This document shows, piece by piece, positions 37,772 to 47,105 of a DNA stretch of 64,000 nt. The stretch is from the NCBI GenBank assembly GCA_964426555.1, contig CAYRQJ010000001.1, positions 117,633 to 181,632 of the forward strand, given 5' to 3'. Position numbers and translations under genes: made by a program. The notes under the pieces are model-generated. The model saw only the letters and a program-made list of their open reading frames with translations, made no database searches and had not been told where the DNA came from. The stretch comes from an uncultured Candidatus Saccharibacteria bacterium. GTDB lineage: Bacteria; Patescibacteriota; Minisyncoccia; Phycocordibacterales; UBA9973. How positions within the stretch are numbered: position 1 is the stretch's first letter; the number at the start of each line of letters is the position of its first letter.

Positions 37772-39377
37772 ATTTTTAAAAATTTTATTTGTTTTTGGAA
37801 TTTTATTTTATAGTATTAATTCTTTTGCTGCATGGAGTAATATTGGTAATAGTGTTTCCTTTATGGAAACCAGTAGTAATGGAAATGATACTGCTATTGT
37901 TTATTCTGGGTGTGGAGTTAGTGATGGTGGTGCACAAAACTGGGCAAATGCATTATATGAATCAAAATTAAAAACAAAAGGCATAAAATATCTCTATGCT
38001 GTGGCCTTACCTAGTGGAGCAAATAATTGTGCTGTATCTGTTGCAAATATCTCTAATTCAAAAATAGTTACTGATTTAGAATCAAAAAATACATCTGGGC
38101 AAATTAAAAATATTATAGTAATAATGCATTCATCTGGAGCATTCACAGCACAAGATTTTTTAAGACAAATCAATAATAAGTCAGCATTTAATAAAATAGT
38201 TACTGCTTTTAATATAGATGGGGCAAATATTAGTGGGGTAGCCTTAAAGAAAACATATTTAGTAATTGGTAAATCTGGAACAATCAAATCTTTAAATCAT
38301 GATATCGGTATTATAAACGACGAAACTATTGATTTAATTTTACCAACTGGATGTAGTACAGCTTTTTGTACACACATGAGACTGGTAAATAGTACTGGGG
38401 GGAATAGCACAGTAGATGCAGATTATAAAAATACGACAGCTAGTAATGTAACTAGTTCATATTTAGATAAACTACCTAATGTATCAGTTAGCTCTAGTGG
38501 CGGTACAACCCTTGTGGTTGGTGGTGGAGTAGCAAATACATCAACAACTCTAACGGCTAAAACTTTTAATGAGCAAACCGGAATAGACGCATCTGCTGGT
38601 AGCTATGAACTAATCAGCCCAATAGGGAACTTAAGTAAAATACCAGATGTTAGTGATAATGGATTCTCTGACTTTGTTAATCTACTTATTCGTATAGCTA
38701 TAGCATTAGCAGGGGCTATAGCTGTAGTAATGCTAATAATAGGCGGTATACAGTATATGGGTACCGATAGTGTATGGGAGAAGGGGGAAAGTAGAAGTAG
38801 AATGACCAGTGCTATTATTGGTTTAGTGTTGTTATTAACATCTTATTTTATATTGTTTAATATTAATCCAGATTTGGTAAATATTCGTATAGGGGGCTTA
38901 ACTGTAAATGAAGAAGCTTGGGATATCGAATTTGGTGATGGAGGATCACAGTATTTAACTAATGGCAGCTTAACTCCTGGATCTACAACAAAAAATTGTC
39001 CAGAAGGTTTTGTGAATACTGGTGTTTTTGTGGCTTGTAAAAGTATTGCTAAAAATATTGAAAACATGGTCGCAGCTGCAAAAAAAGATGGCATAATTTT
39101 AGGTGGGGGAGGATTTAGAACAAAAGAACAACAAATTGAATTAAGAAAGAAAAATTGCGGAGGCGATGTCGATACAAAAAAATCTACACAATGTAATCCA
39201 CCAACTGCTAAACCCGGAACTTCAAGACACGAAAGCGGAAAAGCTTTTGATATCACATGCGATGGTAAAAGTATGGCAGGTAGTAAATGTTTTACCTGGT
39301 TACAAAACAATGCAGCAAAGTATGGATTAAAAAACTACAAAGCCGAACCATGGCACTGGTCAACAGATGGACATTAA
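37761..39377 (+). CDS. Secreted multi-domain protein: N-terminal domain, VirB2-like two-TM module, C-terminal M15 (VanY/L-Ala-D-Glu peptidase-like) zinc peptidase
   Basis: Signal peptide. The internal 108 aa are identical to the 35368 gene. The C-terminus has SRHESGKAFD (SxHxxGxAxD) and EPWHW (ExxH) zinc ligands of peptidase M15. Confidence 0.65.
   Translation: MKNKFLKILFVFGILFYSINSFAAWSNIGNSVSFMETSSNGNDTAIVYSGCGVSDGGAQNWANALYESKLKTKGIKYLYAVALPSGANNCAVSVANISNSKIVTDLESKNTSGQIKNIIVIMHSSGAFTAQDFLRQINNKSAFNKIVTAFNIDGANISGVALKKTYLVIGKSGTIKSLNHDIGIINDETIDLILPTGCSTAFCTHMRLVNSTGGNSTVDADYKNTTASNVTSSYLDKLPNVSVSSSGGTTLVVGGGVANTSTTLTAKTFNEQTGIDASAGSYELISPIGNLSKIPDVSDNGFSDFVNLLIRIAIALAGAIAVVMLIIGGIQYMGTDSVWEKGESRSRMTSAIIGLVLLLTSYFILFNINPDLVNIRIGGLTVNEEAWDIEFGDGGSQYLTNGSLTPGSTTKNCPEGFVNTGVFVACKSIAKNIENMVAAAKKDGIILGGGGFRTKEQQIELRKKNCGGDVDTKKSTQCNPPTAKPGTSRHESGKAFDITCDGKSMAGSKCFTWLQNNAAKYGLKNYKAEPWHWSTDGH
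38571..38898. repeat. 327-bp repeat, identical by eye (copy B)
   Basis: Same sequence as 35500-35827. Confidence 0.85.
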
Positions 39378-39383
39378 TAAATA

Positions 39384-39408
39384 AAACCCGCAATTGCGGG
39401 TTTTATTC
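39384..39408. terminator. Bidirectional rho-independent terminator
   Basis: aaaacccgcaattgcgggtttt. Confidence 0.6.
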
Positions 39409-39876
39409 TTCTTTATAAGTTACAACTATTCTTCTTTCTTTACCTAAGCCAGTAGATTCTGTAGTTATGTTTTTGTCTTTTTCTAAGAATGTATGTATTA
39501 TTCTGCGTTCATATCCATTCATTGGGTCCAGCTCGATGCTGGATTTAAAAAATTTTGCACGCTCTGCCATCATATGGGCTTTTATTTTTAAATCCTCGAT
39601 ATGTTTTTTTTGAAAATCGTTAACATCAAGACCAACAGGGGTAGGGGTGTCAGTTTCTTTTAGGCCTGTTTCCATAAATCTATGTAGCAGAGTTACAAGT
39701 GAATGCAATGTTTCTCCATCTTTACCAATAAGTATTCTTCCGTCTCCCGATTTTATACTAATAGTGTTTAAACCACTTTCTTCGTCATATATCGTTTCAA
39801 TAGTCTCAATTTTAGCACCAATATTGGAAACAAGCTCATTTATGAAGTTTTGTGCATCTAAAATAGTCTTAGCCAT
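39403..39876 (-). CDS. khpB: Jag/KhpB-like RNA-binding protein (KH + R3H)
   Basis: C-terminal R3H-like GYERRIIHTFLEKDKNITTESTGLGKERRIVV. It is located downstream of yidC as in the jag-yidC cluster. Confidence 0.7.
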   Translation of the reverse strand: MAKTILDAQNFINELVSNIGAKIETIETIYDEESGLNTISIKSGDGRILIGKDGETLHSLVTLLHRFMETGLKETDTPTPVGLDVNDFQKKHIEDLKIKAHMMAERAKFFKSSIELDPMNGYERRIIHTFLEKDKNITTESTGLGKERRIVVTYKEE

Positions 39877-39926
39877 ATTTAGACTTTACCATAGACAGAT
39901 ATCTTGAGCAAGCTTGTAAATTAAGC

Positions 39927-40673
39927 TTATTTTAGTACTTCAGCTTTAGTATATACTTTGCCTTTATTTTTTATATGTTTAGCGATAGATCTTTCTTGAA
40001 CTATTGTAATAAGATTATTTACAACCCAATACAGTGCAACTGCGGCTTGGAATTTGTAAGCAATAAATATAATTAAAACAGGAAACACAAACTTCATTTG
40101 AGTTTGCATAGATTTTTGTAAATCAGCAGAAAATCCTTTTGCTCCACTGTTTGCATTGGCCTGCATTTTTTGAGTAGGGGAAAGATAAATCTGTAAGAAT
40201 TGAGAAACACCAGCAAGAATAGCTAAAGCAACAGAATGTACTTTTGTTAAATCAAGAATACCTAAAAACATTGTATTTAGTGTTTGGGGAGCATTCACAA
40301 ATGAATAAAGTGGTGCATTTGTAAAATCCATACCTTTTAAGAATACATAATACAAACCAAAAATAATCGGCAGTTGCACTATCATTACCAAACATCCTGA
40401 AAAAGGATTAACTTTTTTTTCTTTATATAAAGCAAATGTTGCTTTAGCTTCTTCTTCTTTAGAAAGACCTTGTTTTTTTAGTTCAGCTAATTCACCTTGA
40501 ATACTAGCTAATTCAAGCTGAGAAACAATAGCTTTTCTAGAAAGCGGATATAAAATAACTTTAATTAGAATAGTTAAAATTACAATTGCAAAACCAAGGT
40601 CTCCAAAAGTAACGTAAGAAAGTATTAAAACTAAAATGTTTAAAAGGGGTGTATAAATAAATGTATTCCACAT
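39927..40673 (-). CDS. yidC: Membrane protein insertase YidC (short monoderm type)
   Basis: 248 aa, five TM, YidC/Oxa1 core, in the rnpA-yidD-yidC context. Confidence 0.85.
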   Translation of the reverse strand: MWNTFIYTPLLNILVLILSYVTFGDLGFAIVILTILIKVILYPLSRKAIVSQLELASIQGELAELKKQGLSKEEEAKATFALYKEKKVNPFSGCLVMIVQLPIIFGLYYVFLKGMDFTNAPLYSFVNAPQTLNTMFLGILDLTKVHSVALAILAGVSQFLQIYLSPTQKMQANANSGAKGFSADLQKSMQTQMKFVFPVLIIFIAYKFQAAVALYWVVNNLITIVQERSIAKHIKNKGKVYTKAEVLK

Positions 40674-40693
40674 ATCGCTCCAGTGTAACAGAA

Positions 40694-40921
40694 CTAGGGC
40701 AGTGGGTCAAAGTTATTTTTTTGCCAAGGATGACAACGAATTATTCTTTTTATAGTTAGGCTTGTGCCTTTTAAAAAACCATATTTTATATATGCCTGTT
40801 TCCCATATTCTGAACAACTAGGATAAAATACACAAACTGCATTTTTTCTTTTAAAAATACCTGTATCTCTTGAAAGATATTTTTGGTAAAAATTTATCAA
40901 AAAAACCATTATTTTTGACAT
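40694..40921 (-). CDS. yidD: Membrane protein insertion efficiency factor YidD
   Basis: FYPSCSEY ... RCHPW motifs. Confidence 0.85.
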   Translation of the reverse strand: MSKIMVFLINFYQKYLSRDTGIFKRKNAVCVFYPSCSEYGKQAYIKYGFLKGTSLTIKRIIRCHPWQKNNFDPLP

Positions 40922-41229
40922 AAAATTCCTTCAAGTTCTTTTTTTAAGTCTAAATATGACAAATTATCAATGTTTACCTTTAAAAATAGGCTAAAGTGTC
41001 CATTTTTCTTATTATTTAGTTCTCTTATTATAGAAAAAACCCTTCTTTTGGCTCTATTTCTATCTACTGCCTTTTTATATAGCTTTTTAGTCACACTAAG
41101 GCCGTATTTATTGATGTTTTGGCGAGATTCTGCCCAGGTAATGGAAAAAAGAGTACTATGTACTCTTTTACCAGCTAATTTAAGCTCTTTTAAATCAAAT
41201 GTATTAAGCCGGTTTTGCCGAGGTAGCAT
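40909..41229 (-). CDS. rnpA: RNase P protein component
   Basis: Basic ~106-aa protein starting MLPRQNRL, with the RNR-like motif KAVDRNRAKRR, adjacent to rpmH. Confidence 0.8.
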   Translation of the reverse strand: MLPRQNRLNTFDLKELKLAGKRVHSTLFSITWAESRQNINKYGLSVTKKLYKKAVDRNRAKRRVFSIIRELNNKKNGHFSLFLKVNIDNLSYLDLKKELEGILCQK

Positions 41230-41230
41230 A

Positions 41231-41365
41231 TTAAACAGCTAATTTTGCGCGACCCTTGCGGCGACGTGCTTGTAGGATCTTTTGACCATCCTTACTAGCC
41301 CCACGAACTAAAAAACCATGGGTTTTTGCGCGCTTTCTTTTGTTTGGTTGATAGGTAACTGACAT
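41231..41365 (-). CDS. rpmH: 50S ribosomal protein L34
   Basis: Minus-strand translation MSVTYQPNKRKRAKTHGFLVRGASKDGQKILQARRRKGRAKLA. It is below the ORF-track size cutoff. Confidence 0.8.
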   Translation of the reverse strand: MSVTYQPNKRKRAKTHGFLVRGASKDGQKILQARRRKGRAKLAV

Positions 41366-41453
41366 ATAAAGCGATAATAACACTAAAGCTTATAAAAATC
41401 AACCCCGTGGTGAAGATTTGTAAAATATCTACTACTAGGGTTGATTTTTTAGT

Positions 41454-41483
41454 TTATCCAGAGTTATACACAACTTACCCACA
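41454..41483. promoter_or_regulatory. Three tandem DnaA-box-like 9-mers in the rpmH-dnaA intergenic region (oriC / dnaA promoter region)
   Basis: TTATCCAGA, TTATACACA and TTACCCACA each differ from TTATCCACA at one position. They are spaced ~10 bp apart. Confidence 0.5.
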
Positions 41484-41537
41484 ACTCTTTAACATTTATG
41501 GTGTGTTGTTTAGCTATAAAAAAAGTATAATAACTCT

Positions 41538-42896
41538 ATGCAAAATGATTTAAGCGGACAACAAGATCTTTGGAAGGAATGTTTAACATTATTAGAAAGA
41601 ATTGTTTCAAAGCCTAATTTCACAACTTGGTTCAAACAAACACACATAGTTAAAATTGAAGATGGTTTGGTTTTTATTGGTGTACCAAACGAATTTGCAA
41701 AAGACTGGTTACAAAACAAATTCCAAAAGGTAATATTAAAGACACTGGTAGATAATTCACCTGTTATAAAAGGTGTAGAGTTTATTGTTTCAAAATTTGA
41801 ACCTGAATCTAGTATTAAAAATATAGCTCCTAAAATAGCTACCCAACAATCTTTACCTATACAGGATATGTATGTAAACAAAGAAGATGGTTTAAACCCA
41901 AGATATACTTTTGAAAACATGATAGTTGGTTCATTTAATGAACTAGCGAATGCTGGAGCCCAAGCAGTGCTTCGTAGTCCTGGTATTTTATATAATCCAT
42001 ATTTTATTTATGGTAATACTGGTCTTGGAAAAACTCATATGATAGAAGCAGTAGGGAACTCTATAAAAAAACAATATCCTGGTAAAAAGGTTTATTACAC
42101 AAGTGCAGAAAAGTTTGTTATTGAGTGTGTACAAGCTGTGCAAAACAAAACAATGGGTACTTTTAAAGACAAGTACCGGATTTATGATGTTTTAATTATG
42201 GATGATATCCAAATGATAGGTAAGGGCGAAAAAATTCAAGACGAATTATTCCATTTATTTAACATGTTATACGAAGCAAATAAACAAATTGTATTTTCTT
42301 CAGATAAACATCCTAATTATATTCCAGGCTTAGAAGATCGTCTTCGTTCAAGATTCTCCCAAGGAATGATAGTAGATGTGCACGAACCAGACTATGAATC
42401 CCGTGTTGCTATAATCCGTACAAATCTGTCTAAATTAGGCGTAGGACTACCCACAGAGAGCATAGAATACATTGCAGCATCCGTTGAAGGAAACATTAGA
42501 GAGCTAGAAGGAAATGTAAAAACAATAGCCCTGCAAGCTGATATAAAGAAACGAAATTTAACCATTCAAGAAATAAAAGATGTATTAAAAAACAGTGTTA
42601 AATCACAAAAACAAATATCCGTAGAAGAAGTAGTAAAAGTAATAGCATCTTTTTACCATATAGAAAGTGAATCTGTATACGAAAAAACAAGAAGAAAAGA
42701 AGTTGTACGAGTTAGACAAATTGTTATGTATATATTAAGAGAAGATTTTAATTTATCATTTCCACTAATCGGACAAAAAATGGGTGGTAAAGACCATACA
42801 ACTGTAATTCATTCTTATGAAAAAATAAAACAAGAAATGGAAAAAGACACTGGATTAATGTCTGAAATGGAGAGGATAAGAGCATTATTCAAGTAG
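41538..42896 (+). CDS. dnaA: Chromosomal replication initiator DnaA
   Basis: AAA+ Walker A GNTGLGKTH, box VII, and a C-terminal DNA-binding domain with the DnaA signature. Confidence 0.95.
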   Translation: MQNDLSGQQDLWKECLTLLERIVSKPNFTTWFKQTHIVKIEDGLVFIGVPNEFAKDWLQNKFQKVILKTLVDNSPVIKGVEFIVSKFEPESSIKNIAPKIATQQSLPIQDMYVNKEDGLNPRYTFENMIVGSFNELANAGAQAVLRSPGILYNPYFIYGNTGLGKTHMIEAVGNSIKKQYPGKKVYYTSAEKFVIECVQAVQNKTMGTFKDKYRIYDVLIMDDIQMIGKGEKIQDELFHLFNMLYEANKQIVFSSDKHPNYIPGLEDRLRSRFSQGMIVDVHEPDYESRVAIIRTNLSKLGVGLPTESIEYIAASVEGNIRELEGNVKTIALQADIKKRNLTIQEIKDVLKNSVKSQKQISVEEVVKVIASFYHIESESVYEKTRRKEVVRVRQIVMYILREDFNLSFPLIGQKMGGKDHTTVIHSYEKIKQEMEKDTGLMSEMERIRALFK

Positions 42897-43084
42897 GATA
42901 AAATGTGAATAAGTAAAAAAATATAATACAAATAAAAAAGTTATAAGATAATGTGTTAATAAGTAAAAAAATAATTTAATTTAAAAACCTTGTAATATAA
43001 AGATAAAAAAAGTTTTCCCTAATTAACAGCCTTAATAGATAGTAATAATTTAATTTAAGATTTTATGCAAATAAATGTGGATAA
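42897..43084. promoter_or_regulatory. AT-rich dnaA-dnaN intergenic region with DnaA-box-like repeats (candidate oriC / DNA-unwinding element)
   Basis: Two direct repeats TGTGAATAAGTAAAAAAAT / TGTGTTAATAAGTAAAAAAAT. A perfect TGTGGATAA lies at 43076-43084 at the dnaN start. The composition is extremely AT-rich. Confidence 0.5.
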
Positions 43085-44153
43085 AAAATATAATGAAGAT
43101 ATAGTTAGAGCAATTAGTAGAATTTCTTTAAAAGGAATAATTCACCCTGCACTAAAATTATCTAGAGTTAATATAAAAAACAACAAAATAATAATATCTT
43201 CAACAAATCTTTCTATTGGGGTTACTATTGAAATACCTGTAGTGAATGATATTGAAAAAGAAATATTTATTGAAACAATGCCATTTGAAAGAGCTATTTC
43301 TGGAATGCTTAATTCTCCAGAAATAAGTTTTGATTTTAAAGATAATTATTTAGAACTAAAAACTAAAATTGCTAAAGCAAAAATTCCATATCAAAATGGA
43401 GAAGATATGCCAAATATACCAATAGTTACAGGGGAAAGTATGGTATTACCAGCCGCTATTTTTAAAAAAGCTATACAACTAACTATACCAGGGGCTTCAA
43501 CCACCGATATTAAACCAGAATTAGCTTCTTTATATGTTAGTCTTAAAAATAATTCAATAACCAGTGTTGCAACAGACGCTTTTCAACTTATTGAATTTAC
43601 TGATTCTGTAACAACAAATAAAGATTTAGCTTTTCTTATTCCTGCAAAAGAAGCAGGAGATGTTTTAAAAATAATTGAAAACATTGATGGAGCTATTACT
43701 GGTAGCTATACTGAGAATCTTTTTGAAGTAAAAACAACTACAACTACTGTTGTGGTAAAGCTTACAAACGGTTTATTCCCTGACTATAATGCAATTATTC
43801 CAAAAGAAGAAAAAGGTGGTGTACGACTACTTCGAAATGATCTTGATTCCGCAATGCGTTTCCTAAGTCAAATAAAATCTGAAAACAACCAAATAGTATT
43901 TAATGTTAACCAAGGGAATATTGTTCTAACAACTAAAAACGTTTCTGGTGGTGATAGTGAATTTATTATTAATTCCACATTAACCGGCGATGCTTTTTCT
44001 GGAACTGTTTTATTTAGTCATTTAAAAACATTAGCTGTAAATATCCCAAGTGAATCAATATATATATCTTATTATGGTAATAACAAACCCTTTATTGCTG
44101 TTCCTGGTCAAGGTACAGGGTTTAGATATTTAATGATGCCAATAGCTTCTTAA
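43065..44153 (+). CDS. dnaN: DNA polymerase III beta sliding clamp
   Basis: ~360 aa, three-domain clamp length, immediately downstream of dnaA. Confidence 0.8.
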   Translation: MQINVDKKYNEDIVRAISRISLKGIIHPALKLSRVNIKNNKIIISSTNLSIGVTIEIPVVNDIEKEIFIETMPFERAISGMLNSPEISFDFKDNYLELKTKIAKAKIPYQNGEDMPNIPIVTGESMVLPAAIFKKAIQLTIPGASTTDIKPELASLYVSLKNNSITSVATDAFQLIEFTDSVTTNKDLAFLIPAKEAGDVLKIIENIDGAITGSYTENLFEVKTTTTTVVVKLTNGLFPDYNAIIPKEEKGGVRLLRNDLDSAMRFLSQIKSENNQIVFNVNQGNIVLTTKNVSGGDSEFIINSTLTGDAFSGTVLFSHLKTLAVNIPSESIYISYYGNNKPFIAVPGQGTGFRYLMMPIAS

Positions 44154-44165
44154 AATAATATGGAT

Positions 44166-44245
44166 CCCGTTAGAAATTACATGGTTAATATAAATTATAA
44201 GTTTAATAAAATACGGAAATCTTAAGATTTCCTATTTCTAACGGG
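44166..44245. mobile_element. MITE-like element copy 3
   Basis: TIR CCCGTTAGAAAT / ATTTCTAACGGG. Perfect 6-bp direct repeat ATGGAT at 44160-44165 and 44246-44251. It shares the internal hairpin GGAAATC-ttaa-GATTTCC with copy 1. Confidence 0.6.
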
Positions 44246-44497
44246 ATGGATCATATAAATAGTTACTTTTCTAAAATTACAGGTACTATTTTAAAAAAAG
44301 GGCAAGAAAAAGAAGCTATTATTTTGTGCATAAAAGAAATAACTGGTATTGAATTAAAAAAACATGATTTTGTTTTAAAAAACCATGTTTTAAAAATAAA
44401 ACTTTTTGGGATTAAGAGATTTAAAATTATCTCCCTTAAGGAAAAAATTATCTCCCTTTTAAAAGAAAGAAATATTATAATTACTGAGCTTCAGTAG
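44246..44497 (+). CDS. Small hypothetical protein downstream of dnaN (possibly DUF721/DciA-like)
   Basis: 83 aa, basic. The start codon lies in the ATGGAT flank of the element. Assignment is by position only. Confidence 0.35.
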   Translation: MDHINSYFSKITGTILKKGQEKEAIILCIKEITGIELKKHDFVLKNHVLKIKLFGIKRFKIISLKEKIISLLKERNIIITELQ

Positions 44498-47063
44498 GGG
44501 GTAAATCTGTTTTCTTAAATTTAAAATTAATAGTATCTTCTCCTTGGTATAATAAATTATCGTATGCTATTGCTTTTATAATATAATCACCATCTTGAAG
44601 GTTTAAAAGATTTAAATCAATCTCGTAATCTAATTTTGCTGGTAACAATGTTGTTATTTTTCTGTTGTTTAAAAATAAATCAACTTTTTTCAAACTACTT
44701 GTTTCAGCTGTAATGATAATATTTATTTTTTCACCTGTTTTGAATTCATTGTTTCTCTCAAAACCACTAATTGTTACTGGAATATTTATAATATTTGTGT
44801 GAGCTGTATCGTAATAATTTGGTATATCAGCAGCGGTTACTGTTTTAGCTCCATTATTATTAAACCATCGTCTAACACCATATTCCCAATTATTAAATTG
44901 TGGGTCAGATTGTGGATTGTTAGGAATACCACCTGTTGGGTTGTCTTTGTCTAACCAATATAAAATTGTATGAACATTTGTTATGACTTTTTCTACTCTT
45001 GCGCTTTGCGGTGTAAAATCAGTTATTTTACCACCAGTGATACTGTCTATGTAAAAACTTTCTCCACCTTGCCACAAGCCTCGCAGGACCGCAGGACCAC
45101 CGGTTTCTGGCATTGGTATATCTAAAAATTCTTCATTTCCTGCTGTTTGCAGATATTTTGTTATAACTTTATTAAACAAAGGACCGGCAAGTTGTGCGCC
45201 ACCTTTTTTCATGGGTGTATTTTCATTGTTCCCAGCCCAAGCCCCAACAACAATTCTAGGAGAATATCCCACAATCCATGCATCGCGGTTAGAGTTTGTT
45301 GTTCCTGTTTTTGCGGCAACACTATAACCTGGCACATGTAGACTGGATCCACGCCCAAATGTTGGAGCTCTTAAGTCTTCATTAGAAAGAATTTTTGAAA
45401 TATTACTTGTTACATAGTCTGGCAGTATTTGTTCTCCTGTGTTTTCTTTATATTCTTCTAAAATCTCACCTTTTTTGTCTTCAATTTTCAGTATCCCTGT
45501 TGGAGATTTTTTTATACCGTTATTCGCAAAAACACCATAAGCTGAAACCATGTCTAATAGTTTTACTTCACCAGCTCCAAGAACCAAAGATAAACCATAA
45601 TCTTTGGGGTTACCCAGTGTTGTAATACCCATTGATCTTGCTGTGGCTATACTGTCACTAATTCCAGATAAATAAAGTAACTTTACTGAAGGAATATTTC
45701 TAGATTCTGCCAGTGCATTTTTTAATTGCATTGGGCCCTTGAATTTAGAATCAAAGTTTTCTGGAGAATAACATTCGCGCCCTTTTCCGTCTGAACTACA
45801 ATTTGTATTAAATTCTGTAAAAGTATCAAACAAAACTGTTTCTGGTCTATAACCTTTTTTAAAAGCAGTTGCATATACAAATGGTTTAAAAGAAGACCCA
45901 GGCTGTCTTGCGGCAGTTGCTACATTAAATTGCCCGTCTATTTCTTTATCAAAGAAATCTCTTGAACCAACCATTGATAAAATGTGTCCAGTTTTTGGAT
46001 CCAATGCAACCAGCGCAATATTTTTACCATTATAATCACGTTCGTTTCGTTCTGCTTCTTTTTTTGCTTCTTCTTCAGCATATACCTGTAAATCGTAATC
46101 CAGTGTTGATATTACATGTAAACCTTCTTTATTAACACGATCTTCTCCGTATTTTTTTATTAAATAATCTCTAATAAAAAACACAAAATGAGGAGCCTTT
46201 ACTGCAGTTTGAGCTTTGGGTACAAAGAAAACTTTTTCATTTAATGCTTCGTTTTGTTGTTCTTTTGTAATATAACCCAATGTTTCCATTCTGCTTAAAA
46301 CATAACGTTGTCTAACATCTAATTCGTCTCGATGTTTACCATTTGGGTCGTAATATACAGGACTTTGGGGGATTGCAGCTAAATAAGCTGCTTCAGCCAA
46401 GCTCACATCCAATGCATGTTTTTTAAAATAAACTTGTGACGCTTCTTCTACTCCGTACACATTTCCACTATATGGGGCTTCATTTAAATAAATTTCTAAA
46501 ATTTGATCCTTTGTTAGTTTTTGTTCTAAGCGTATTGCAATAATTATTTCTTTTATTTTTCTTGAAATTGTTTTTTCTCTTGTTAGTAAAGTATTTTTTA
46601 CAATTTGTTGAGTTAAAGTTGATCCTCCTTGGGTTTCACCTTTAAAGATTGTTGAAAAAGATGCACGGATGATTGATTTTACTCTAACACCGTGGTGTTT
46701 ATAGAATTCTGCATCTTCTGTTGCTATTATTGCATTAGGAATAAGTGGATTGATTTTATTTAAATCCACAACGGTTCTCCTTATTGAATTATGGTTATCG
46801 TAAAGTAAAATTTTTCCAGTACGGTCATAAATTTTTGTAGATTCTGTAATAATTCTTTTGTCAAAATTTGAAATATCAGGAAGAGGTACTGTTGCCAGAT
46901 AAAACAAAGACAAGGCAACTATTAGTGTTAAAAAACCTAAGGCAGTATAGCCCAAGTATTTTAAATAGTTTTTTGCAGTCTTTTTAACTTTTGGGTTTTC
47001 TATGTATTTTGTGACATTTTTAACCGCTTTGTGCTTTTTTACATCTTGTATGAATTTATGCAT
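44481..47063 (-). CDS. Class A penicillin-binding protein (transglycosylase + transpeptidase), PBP1A-like
   Basis: N-terminal TM. GT51 motifs EDAEFYKHHGV and GGSTLTQQ. Transpeptidase SSFKPF. C-terminal extra domain. Confidence 0.9.
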   Translation of the reverse strand: MHKFIQDVKKHKAVKNVTKYIENPKVKKTAKNYLKYLGYTALGFLTLIVALSLFYLATVPLPDISNFDKRIITESTKIYDRTGKILLYDNHNSIRRTVVDLNKINPLIPNAIIATEDAEFYKHHGVRVKSIIRASFSTIFKGETQGGSTLTQQIVKNTLLTREKTISRKIKEIIIAIRLEQKLTKDQILEIYLNEAPYSGNVYGVEEASQVYFKKHALDVSLAEAAYLAAIPQSPVYYDPNGKHRDELDVRQRYVLSRMETLGYITKEQQNEALNEKVFFVPKAQTAVKAPHFVFFIRDYLIKKYGEDRVNKEGLHVISTLDYDLQVYAEEEAKKEAERNERDYNGKNIALVALDPKTGHILSMVGSRDFFDKEIDGQFNVATAARQPGSSFKPFVYATAFKKGYRPETVLFDTFTEFNTNCSSDGKGRECYSPENFDSKFKGPMQLKNALAESRNIPSVKLLYLSGISDSIATARSMGITTLGNPKDYGLSLVLGAGEVKLLDMVSAYGVFANNGIKKSPTGILKIEDKKGEILEEYKENTGEQILPDYVTSNISKILSNEDLRAPTFGRGSSLHVPGYSVAAKTGTTNSNRDAWIVGYSPRIVVGAWAGNNENTPMKKGGAQLAGPLFNKVITKYLQTAGNEEFLDIPMPETGGPAVLRGLWQGGESFYIDSITGGKITDFTPQSARVEKVITNVHTILYWLDKDNPTGGIPNNPQSDPQFNNWEYGVRRWFNNNGAKTVTAADIPNYYDTAHTNIINIPVTISGFERNNEFKTGEKINIIITAETSSLKKVDLFLNNRKITTLLPAKLDYEIDLNLLNLQDGDYIIKAIAYDNLLYQGEDTINFKFKKTDLPPTEAQ

Positions 47064-47105
47064 ACCCCTATTTTAGCACAGCTGAGAAAATGTTATAGTC
47101 TATAT

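Noticed and set aside
44179-44233. Short ORF MDPVRNYMVNINYKFNKIRKS inside element copy 3
   Set aside because: At 21 codons, it is created by the ATGGAT flank plus the TIR. It has no counterpart in other copies.
47031-47105. Track start (GTG) of tyrS at 47031, overlapping the 5' end of the PBP gene on the other strand
   Set aside because: The internal Met (MDKHVIDT...) gives a standard TyrRS N-terminus. I could not verify the exact nucleotide of this ATG by eye, so the coordinate follows the ORF-track frame.
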